Assembly: GCA_050250895.1 (NCBI GenBank)
Contig: JBFWNU010000001.1
Coordinates: forward strand, 224,001 to 288,000
Reading direction: 5' to 3'
From: Vulcanimicrobiota bacterium
Lineage (GTDB): Bacteria; Vulcanimicrobiota; Xenobia; Xenobiales; JADMJV01
DNA: 64,000 nucleotides
The notes beneath the pieces are model-generated. The model did not search any database and was not told the DNA's origin. It saw nothing but the letters and a program-made list of their open reading frames with translations. Of this stretch, positions 57,579 to 64,000 are shown one piece after another (within the stretch, counting starts at the first letter, position 1; the number at the start of each line of letters is the position of its first letter). A program made the position numbers and the translations under genes.

Positions 57579-58829
57579 ATGATCGTTCCCCCGCCTCCTC
57601 CTAACGAGGAGCAACGTCTCAAAGCGCTCCACGCCCTCAAGCTGCTCGACACCGAGCCCGAAGAACGGTTCGATCGGATCTGTCGGTTGGCTTGCGAGAC
57701 CTTCGATACCCCGGTGGCCTACGTTTCGCTGATTGCCGAAGAACGCCAATGGTATAAGGCTTCTTGCGGTATTGGTGGGCTCACCGAGACGCCCCGCAGT
57801 CTGTCCTTTTGCGCCTTCACCATCCTGGCCGACGACGCGGTGGTAGTGGCCGACACCCACGAAGACGAAAGATTTCAGGACCATCCCTTCGTCATCGGCG
57901 ACCCCAGGGTGCGTTTCTACCTGGGCTATCCCCTATCGACCCTCGACGGCCACAAAGTAGGCACCTTCTGCATCATGGACTTCAGGCCACGTTCCTCGGT
58001 CGATGACGGGTTGGTCGATCGTCTGCGCGATGTCGCTTTCATCGCTCAAACCGAACTCAACCTGCTCGATTCGCTGCACCTGCAGAAACAGCTCATGGAG
58101 CAGTCTGAACAGCTGCAAAAGCATAACGACTTCATCCGGCGGGTCTTTGGCCGCTACGTAACCCCCGAGGTGGCCGGCATGGTGCTGGCCCATCCCGAGG
58201 GCCTCAAGTTCGGGGGCTCGCGTCGCAAAGTGACGGTCTTGATGAGTGACCTGCGGGGCTTCACTGACATGTCCGAGCGCATCAGTCCCGAAGTGGTGGT
58301 CAACCTGCTCAATCGCTATCTCGAGCGCATGGTGGCCGTCATCGAGAAATACGAGGGAACCATCGACGAGATCATCGGAGACGCCTTGCTCGTGATCTTC
58401 GGCGCTCCCCTGGTGCTCTCGGACGCGGCCGGCCGCGCCGTGGCCTGTGCCATCGAGATGCAGCAGGCCATGGACGACTTCAACGACGAGAGCGAGCGGT
58501 TGGGGGCACCGCGGGTTTCCATGGGGATCGGGGTCAACACTGGCGAGGTGGTGGTCGGCAACATCGGTTGCGATCGACGAGCCAAATACGGAGTGGTCGG
58601 AAGCCCCGTCAATATGACCGCTCGCATCGAGTCGTTCACGGTCGGAGGCCAAATCCTGGCCTCGGAGGCGACGGTCAAAGAGCTGGCGGGCCGCTTGCGC
58701 GTCGACGGTCAACTGCGGGTCAAGATGAAAGGTTTCGACGGAGCCACCACCATCTACGACCTGGGCGGCATCACCGCCCCCTACAACGTCAGTCTGCCCG
58801 TGCTTGCAAATGCCCTCACCGAAGTCTGA
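57579..58829 (+). CDS. GAF-domain class III adenylate/guanylate cyclase
   Basis: EEQRLKALHAL..LDT GAF; SDLRGFT, IGDA, GIGVNTG, GSPVNMTARIE. Confidence 0.93.
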   Translation: MIVPPPPPNEEQRLKALHALKLLDTEPEERFDRICRLACETFDTPVAYVSLIAEERQWYKASCGIGGLTETPRSLSFCAFTILADDAVVVADTHEDERFQDHPFVIGDPRVRFYLGYPLSTLDGHKVGTFCIMDFRPRSSVDDGLVDRLRDVAFIAQTELNLLDSLHLQKQLMEQSEQLQKHNDFIRRVFGRYVTPEVAGMVLAHPEGLKFGGSRRKVTVLMSDLRGFTDMSERISPEVVVNLLNRYLERMVAVIEKYEGTIDEIIGDALLVIFGAPLVLSDAAGRAVACAIEMQQAMDDFNDESERLGAPRVSMGIGVNTGEVVVGNIGCDRRAKYGVVGSPVNMTARIESFTVGGQILASEATVKELAGRLRVDGQLRVKMKGFDGATTIYDLGGITAPYNVSLPVLANALTEV

Positions 58830-60014
58830 TCACTTCGGCCAGGGCAGATTGTTGCGATAATAGAGCCCGTCTTCGAACTTCTGGAAGAAGTAGTTGATGA
58901 ACGGGTGACGCACCTCGTCGCTGGACGAGTCGGGCCGCAGATTCGATTCGGCCGAATACGAGACCACCGAAGAACCGTCGACCAGGATGCGATACCAGGG
59001 CTGCTGTTCCAGATTGGGGTCGCGGGCCATGCGGTCGCCATCCGGCTCGAAGGCCAGATCATAGTCGACCACCACCCCGCGAAACTTTCGCGAGCGGTGC
59101 CGCACCAGCACTCCCGGCGCGAACTGGGGCCAGTTGGGCAAGCCGCCCCCTCTCTCGAGGGCCTTGAGCAAGAAGGTGAACAGGTTGGCATCGGCCACCT
59201 CTTCAGCCTGTTGATAGGCCGAGACCAGATTCTTCAAAACCCGGGCCACCACGGCCGTGGCCTTCACCGAAGCGTTGAGCACGCCACTCATGGCATGCAG
59301 CGGCACCCGACCGGCCAGTTCGGGCACCAATCGCCCATCCATGAACCGTCCCTGGTGAAAACAGTCGACGAACCAGGTCTGCCCCTCATCGCGCACCCGA
59401 GCCAGAAAGTGCTCAGGGTAGTTGCAAGCCTCGATCCGCAGGTCAAGCCGCCGACCCACCAGCATGTAGAAGGCGCACAGACTGATCGGGATGCCGGTGC
59501 GCGATATCCAGACATCGACCAGGTTGCTGTTGCGGGGGTCGTAGTAATTCTCGGTCTCGCCTCGCAGGCCATCGCGACCGAAAAGAAACTCAGCCAGCGT
59601 GCGGACATCGGCGGGCCCGAAACGGCGACGAAAGGTCTCGGCCAGACTGTCGAGCAACTCGGGCAGGGCCGGTTGATGCAAGAACTCGCTCTGGAAACTG
59701 GCCACCAGGCTCAGGGCCGACTCGAGCCGCTCTTCGTCATCAGGTGTCTTGAGCCAGGCGGCCCAACCTTCGAGCAGTCGCCGGCTGGTATAGCCGGACT
59801 CGGCCAACAAAGACTGCACGGCTCTCCGTTGTCCGGCGGTCGGTTCGAGCTTCTCGTAACACGACTTCAGGTCGGGAATCTGCGTCAGGGCCGAGGCCAC
59901 TTCTTTGCGGACCACCGGCGAAGTGTCATCGGCCAACTGTAATAGAAACGGCAGTTGTTGTCGCACAAATTCAACTTTCTTCAGCAGGAGCCATCGTCCC
60001 TGGGAAACAACCAT
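58830..60014 (-). CDS. SirB1/transglutaminase-like domain fused to an HspQ/YccV domain
   Basis: YYDPRNS..RTGIPISL..NYPEHFL plus FAPGVLVRHR..RGVVVDYD..QPWYRILVD..YSAESNL. Start uncertain. Confidence 0.88.
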   Translation of the reverse strand: MVVSQGRWLLLKKVEFVRQQLPFLLQLADDTSPVVRKEVASALTQIPDLKSCYEKLEPTAGQRRAVQSLLAESGYTSRRLLEGWAAWLKTPDDEERLESALSLVASFQSEFLHQPALPELLDSLAETFRRRFGPADVRTLAEFLFGRDGLRGETENYYDPRNSNLVDVWISRTGIPISLCAFYMLVGRRLDLRIEACNYPEHFLARVRDEGQTWFVDCFHQGRFMDGRLVPELAGRVPLHAMSGVLNASVKATAVVARVLKNLVSAYQQAEEVADANLFTFLLKALERGGGLPNWPQFAPGVLVRHRSRKFRGVVVDYDLAFEPDGDRMARDPNLEQQPWYRILVDGSSVVSYSAESNLRPDSSSDEVRHPFINYFFQKFEDGLYYRNNLPWPK

Positions 60015-60020
60015 GCCAGG

Positions 60021-60362
60021 GTGAAGAACTATCGTTACTTTCTGGCTTTAACAGCCGTTTTCACCCTGCTGCTGGCAGGAGCGGTCGAGACCGCTCAGGC
60101 TGCCTCGACCAAGAAAGCGATCATTTCGGGTTTCGTGCGCGTCGCCGAAGAAGACGCCCGCGGCAACGTTCTGGCGGTAGAGATCGTGGTGGGTGACGAA
60201 GAAGAGCCCTACCTGGTGTCCAACGCCGGCAAAGGCAAAGAGCTCTTCCTCTACATCGGCCAGTGGGTGCTGGCCGGGGGCAAGGTGAGCGAAGACGAGC
60301 TGGGTTGGAAGACCATCGAAGTCCAGACCTACGATCTGGCCGAGCAGTATCCGGACCGTTAG
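60021..60362 (+). CDS. small secreted protein (OB-fold-like)
   Basis: Signal peptide ending TAQA; beta-rich mature part. Confidence 0.65.
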   Translation: MKNYRYFLALTAVFTLLLAGAVETAQAASTKKAIISGFVRVAEEDARGNVLAVEIVVGDEEEPYLVSNAGKGKELFLYIGQWVLAGGKVSEDELGWKTIEVQTYDLAEQYPDR

Positions 60363-60364
60363 CC

Positions 60365-61378
60365 ATGCAGTATGACGCTCTGTTGGTCGTCTCGTTCGGC
60401 GGCCCCGACGGACCAGATGATGTCATTCCCTTTCTCGAGAACGTCTTGCGCGGTAAACACGTGCCCCGGGAGCGAATGCTCGAGGTAGCCGACCACTATC
60501 AGCATTTCGGTGGCAAGAGTCCCATCAACGAGCAAAACCTCGCTCTGATCGCCGCTCTCGAAAAAGAGCTGGCAGCCCACGGTCCCAAACTGCCCATCTA
60601 TTTTGGCAATCGCAACTGGCATCCGCTTTTGCCCGACGCCCTGGCCCAGATGCGAGCTGACGGGGTCAAGCGGGCCCTGGCCTTCTTCACCTCGGCCTTC
60701 AGCAGCTATTCGGGCTGTCGCCAATATCGTGAAAATCTCGCCCAGGCCAGCGCGGAAGTCGGCGAAGGTGCCCCTCAAATCGACATCCTGCGCAAGTTCT
60801 ATAACCACCCCGGCTTCATCGAGCCCATGGCCGAGGCCCTCAAAGAAACCCTCACCCGCTTACCCAGGGCCGAGGTGCTTTTCACGGCCCACAGCATCCC
60901 CTCGGTGATGGCCCAGCACTGTAACTACGAATCGCAGCTGGCCGAAGCTTGCCGGTTGGTGGCCGAGCAAGCCGGAGTATCCCGCTGGGAACTCGTCTAC
61001 CAAAGCCGCAGCGGCCCGCCCCAGCAACCCTGGCTCGAGCCCGACATCTGTGACCGCATCGAAGAGCGGTGCGAGCAGGGCCTTGAACAGTTGGCCATCG
61101 TGCCCATCGGCTTTATCTCGGACCATCTCGAGGTGCTCTATGACCTCGATACCGAGGCCGTCGAGCTCTGCCACGAGAAGGGCGTAGCCGTCGAGCGGGT
61201 GCCCACGGTCGGGGTGCATCCCAAGTTCGTGTCGATGATCGCCGAGTTGATCCGCGAGCGAATGGATGGCGGCGTCCCCAAGCGCTGCCTGGGCAGCCAG
61301 GGGCCCAGCCACGACGTTTGTCCGACCGACTGCTGCCTTTACCCAGCCACCCGTCCCACCCGGGCCGCCGTCAACTAA
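60365..61378 (+). CDS. hemH: ferrochelatase
   Basis: SFGGP, GNRNWHP, FTAHSIP, YQSRSGPP..PWLEPD, PIGFISDHLEVLYDLD. Confidence 0.96.
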   Translation: MQYDALLVVSFGGPDGPDDVIPFLENVLRGKHVPRERMLEVADHYQHFGGKSPINEQNLALIAALEKELAAHGPKLPIYFGNRNWHPLLPDALAQMRADGVKRALAFFTSAFSSYSGCRQYRENLAQASAEVGEGAPQIDILRKFYNHPGFIEPMAEALKETLTRLPRAEVLFTAHSIPSVMAQHCNYESQLAEACRLVAEQAGVSRWELVYQSRSGPPQQPWLEPDICDRIEERCEQGLEQLAIVPIGFISDHLEVLYDLDTEAVELCHEKGVAVERVPTVGVHPKFVSMIAELIRERMDGGVPKRCLGSQGPSHDVCPTDCCLYPATRPTRAAVN

Positions 61379-62086
61379 ATGACCTGGGGGCAGGCTCTAG
61401 CTGACCGGGCCGAGAGCCTGTTCGCGGCGCACGCCGATGCCGAGAAGGCAACGCAGATGGCCGCCTACATGAAGGACCACTTCGCCTACTTCGGACTGCC
61501 TCAGCCAGCTCGCAAAGCCCTGGTGCGCGACCTCAAGCTGGGTCGACCCGACCGCGCCCAACTGCTGGCCAGCACCGAGGCCCTGTGGGCGAAAGAGCAA
61601 CGCGAATTGCATTATCTGGCCATCGACTTGCTGATCAAACACCAGAAGGTGCTCGAAGAGCAAGATCTGCCCTGGTTGCGAGGATTGTTGACCACCCACA
61701 GTTGGTGGGACAGCGTCGACCCTCTGGCCAGCCACGTGTTGGGGAGTCTGCTCTGGCGCTATCGCGAGCTGTGCTCGCACCTAGACGACTGGATCGCTTG
61801 CCCAAACCTCTGGTTGGCCCGTTCGGCGCTGCTCTTTCAGCTACGCTACAAAGACGAAACCGACTTCGAGCGGCTGTCGCGCTACATCCTGACGGTCTGC
61901 CACAGTGGCGAGTTCTTCTTGCGTAAAGCCATCGGTTGGGCGTTGCGCGAATATTCCAAGCACCAACCGGACCGGGTCGTCTCTTTTGTCGAAACCAACG
62001 CCGACAAACTCTCTGGACTGTCGCGGCGCGAGGCGCTTAAATGGTTGGAGCGCAAAAAAAAGTCCCGGTCGAAACCGGGAACCTAA
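61379..62086 (+). CDS. DNA alkylation repair protein (AlkD family)
   Basis: MAAYMK, SWWDSVD, EFFLRKAIGWALREYSK, LSRREALK. Confidence 0.93.
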   Translation: MTWGQALADRAESLFAAHADAEKATQMAAYMKDHFAYFGLPQPARKALVRDLKLGRPDRAQLLASTEALWAKEQRELHYLAIDLLIKHQKVLEEQDLPWLRGLLTTHSWWDSVDPLASHVLGSLLWRYRELCSHLDDWIACPNLWLARSALLFQLRYKDETDFERLSRYILTVCHSGEFFLRKAIGWALREYSKHQPDRVVSFVETNADKLSGLSRREALKWLERKKKSRSKPGT

Positions 62087-62134
62087 ACTGGAGGGTCCAC
62101 TTTGCGCGGGGATGCTCGCGCAGATGCTTGGTTG
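62054..62134 (-). ncRNA. putative small RNA, copy 1 (about 80 nt)
   Basis: TTGTGA-17-TACACT promoter, 5' hairpin, GTGGACCCTCCAGT core, TCCCGGT-ttcg-ACCGGGA hairpin + T8. 5' end inferred. Confidence 0.7.
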
Positions 62135-62139
62135 ACCTT

Positions 62140-62195
62140 AGTGTAGGCTGGAGTCCAGGGGTTCACAACCCGTCAATCCTGAACACGAAGTTACC
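62140..62195 (-). promoter_or_regulatory. promoter and upstream box of sRNA copy 1
   Basis: -10 TACACT 62145..62140, -35 TTGTGA 62168..62163, upstream GTAA-n5-TGTTCAGG. Confidence 0.65.
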
Positions 62196-62224
62196 GTTGT
62201 AAACAAGCTGTTAAATGAGACTAC

Positions 62225-62337
62225 AAAAAAAAGAGCCCGGTCTGTTCGAGCCGGACTACACTGGAGGGTCCACAACTTAGCGCTTGGCTGGGATACAAAC
62301 TTCGAGACGGGTTTGCCTCAGGAGCCGATCACCAATA
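62225..62337 (-). ncRNA. putative small RNA, copy 2 (about 110 nt)
   Basis: TCGAAC-17-TACACT promoter, 5' stem-loop, identical GTGGACCCTCCAGT core, AGTCCGG..CCGGGCT hairpin + T8. 5' end inferred. Confidence 0.7.
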
Positions 62338-62342
62338 TCTAG

Positions 62343-62397
62343 AGTGTAGACCAGGGTGAAGCTTTGTTCGACCCGAAAACCTGAACAAGTCATTACA
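62343..62397 (-). promoter_or_regulatory. promoter and upstream box of sRNA copy 2
   Basis: -10 TACACT 62348..62343, -35-like TCGAAC 62371..62366, upstream GTAA-n5-TGTTCAGG. Confidence 0.62.
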
Positions 62398-62438
62398 AAG
62401 ATTGCCATTTTGCTGCAAAATGTTACCAAAGGTCGCAC

Positions 62439-63860
62439 ATGACTGATGCCAATCGCCCCGCCGTCCTTTGGTGGGAGTTAGCCCTGGCCGTGCTGGCCTG
62501 GTTGCCAGCGGCCGCTTTATTCTACCGACCCAACATCACCTACCGCCACACCGCCGACCTGAGTCTCGATGGAGACGCCCAGACACTCGGCATCTGGCTG
62601 GTCCTGGCCTGCCTGGCGCTGGTGGCCACGCGCCCCTGGCAGAATCGCTCTCGCTACGGCACGGGAATTCGCTGGATCGGGGTCGTCAGCGCTGGCTGCG
62701 GACTTGCCCTGGTGGTCTTCTTCTTTTTGCCCTGGGGACGGTATCAGGCGATCAAGTTCGAGACCCATCGGCTCAACCTGCATGTCACCAACTACGAAGA
62801 CGGATTGCGGGGCGATCTTTCGCGTGAACTCTTCGACCCGCAGGTCGGTCCCTATCTGACTGCCGACGCGGCCCTGCTCAAGACGCTAGTCGAACGCGAC
62901 CAACTGCTCACCGAGCCTCTGGCGGCGCGGCTGGTTATGGCTAGCTTGCTCGATCAGGGTCTCGACTGGGACCAGTTGCGCGGCTTGCCGGGTGGAAAGA
63001 ATTTGCTGATGGGAGCCCTGCTGGCCGAGCCCGATGCCTGGCCCGACCAGCCGGCCACTCACCCACCGTTGCAGCCCGACCCCGAGCAGGGCCTGACCTG
63101 CGGCCTGTTCTCGCGCGAGCAGGTAGCCCGGACCCTCGCCGACTATGTCTCGACCCTCGACGGGGCCGACTGGCACGCCCTCGAACCGGCGGTGGTGGCC
63201 TGCATGCACTTTCCCGACCTGGCCACCGAGACCCAGCGAGCGCGGGTGTTCACCGCCTGGAGTAGCGCCTTTCGCGACGCCGGCCAACTGGCCGTCCAGG
63301 CGCTTTCGATGCGGGCCGAGCTGATCGACCTGCTCGGTTCAACCCGGACGGTGAGGCTGGCCGTGGTTACCAAGGGAGAGTTTCAGCAGAGCTACAAGGA
63401 GGAGCTGACCCGCGTCCTGCCACTCATGGCGGCCGGGCTGGTCCACGCCTGCGGGGTCAAGACCGTGCCCGCCCAACCCGACCAGGCCGACCTTCTGATC
63501 ACCCTCGAGCTGGGTGAGGTGCCCCACTATGACTGGTCTCGCCCCACCTATCGCTACGAGACGGTGGTGACCCAGCGCCGGGGTTACGGCCGCTATGCAA
63601 TCCCCCAGACGGTCACCGAAAGCCGGCGGGTTGCCGACGGCAGCGAGCGTATGACCGAATATGCGCCCACCGCCCGCGTTCTCTTTCGCTATGCTGGCAA
63701 AGAGATCGTGATGGGACCCTTGATCGTCCAATGGCACCGCTACTTCTACGACGCCGAGCAGCACCGCTACCCCGACTCGCCCGACGACCTCTACGGCCGC
63801 CTCTGGCCGCTGGGCGTCCACCTCGACTGGTTCCTCTTCAAGCGCCCCGACGAGTATTAG
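62439..63860 (+). CDS. hypothetical membrane protein
   Basis: Three N-terminal TM helices and a large soluble domain. Confidence 0.72.
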   Translation: MTDANRPAVLWWELALAVLAWLPAAALFYRPNITYRHTADLSLDGDAQTLGIWLVLACLALVATRPWQNRSRYGTGIRWIGVVSAGCGLALVVFFFLPWGRYQAIKFETHRLNLHVTNYEDGLRGDLSRELFDPQVGPYLTADAALLKTLVERDQLLTEPLAARLVMASLLDQGLDWDQLRGLPGGKNLLMGALLAEPDAWPDQPATHPPLQPDPEQGLTCGLFSREQVARTLADYVSTLDGADWHALEPAVVACMHFPDLATETQRARVFTAWSSAFRDAGQLAVQALSMRAELIDLLGSTRTVRLAVVTKGEFQQSYKEELTRVLPLMAAGLVHACGVKTVPAQPDQADLLITLELGEVPHYDWSRPTYRYETVVTQRRGYGRYAIPQTVTESRRVADGSERMTEYAPTARVLFRYAGKEIVMGPLIVQWHRYFYDAEQHRYPDSPDDLYGRLWPLGVHLDWFLFKRPDEY

Positions 63861-64000
63861 CCAGGCTCAGCGGGTGAACCAACCGCCCGGCAATCGCCAG
63901 CTATGGCCAGGTCCGGAAGACTCGTTACGCCAACGTTGGCGGGCGTTTTCAACCTCGGCGTCGCTGGAATACTCGGACGGCTCTTCTCGCACGCCATCAG

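Noticed and set aside
62087-62280. Plus-strand small peptides or type I toxins led by the GGAGG in ACTGGAGGGTCCAC
   Set aside because: Copy 2 has no start codon before a TAG and copy 1 gives only a short TTG frame; promoters and T-tracts point to the minus strand.
63857-64000. 3' end of a minus-strand gene entering from the window edge
   Set aside because: Two frames are open and neither is recognisable, so it cannot be assigned.

Overview
GC-rich bacterial chromosomal window with dense coding. I found no rRNA, tRNA, CRISPR array, transposase or prophage. Gene style suggests Candidatus Eremiobacterota/Vulcanimicrobiota, but that is an impression only. Routine content: MBOAT acyltransferase, VapBC module, glycosyltransferase-cupin-ALDH-saccharopine-dehydrogenase operon, three-gene DabA/DabB-type inorganic carbon pump, ABC/HlyD/TolC efflux operon, NarL-type two-component pair, ferrochelatase, AlkD. 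Best leads: (1) two tandem paralogous minus-strand small-RNA units at about 62.05-62.40 kb, each with its own promoter, a shared upstream box, an identical 14-nt core containing an anti-Shine-Dalgarno sequence, and a terminator; (2) two paralogous proteins built as PqqD/RRE domain + internal twin-arginine-like leader + variable Cys-containing cargo, one beside a degenerate HPr-kinase-like gene and one beside a subtilase; (3) a protein with a whole kinase domain nested in the activation segment of another kinase, fused to an atypical cyclase and a GspE/PilB N-domain; (4) a pseudokinase-vWA-PurA-paralogue operon with a rebuilt aspartate-binding loop; (5) several unrelated proteins sharing a low-complexity N-terminal leader ending D-x-V-x-(L/I/F)-S; (6) eukaryote-like architectures (CLCA-like protease, FBXO21-like fusion, ADP-dependent sugar kinase). 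All calls come from reading motifs by eye; no database search was run.
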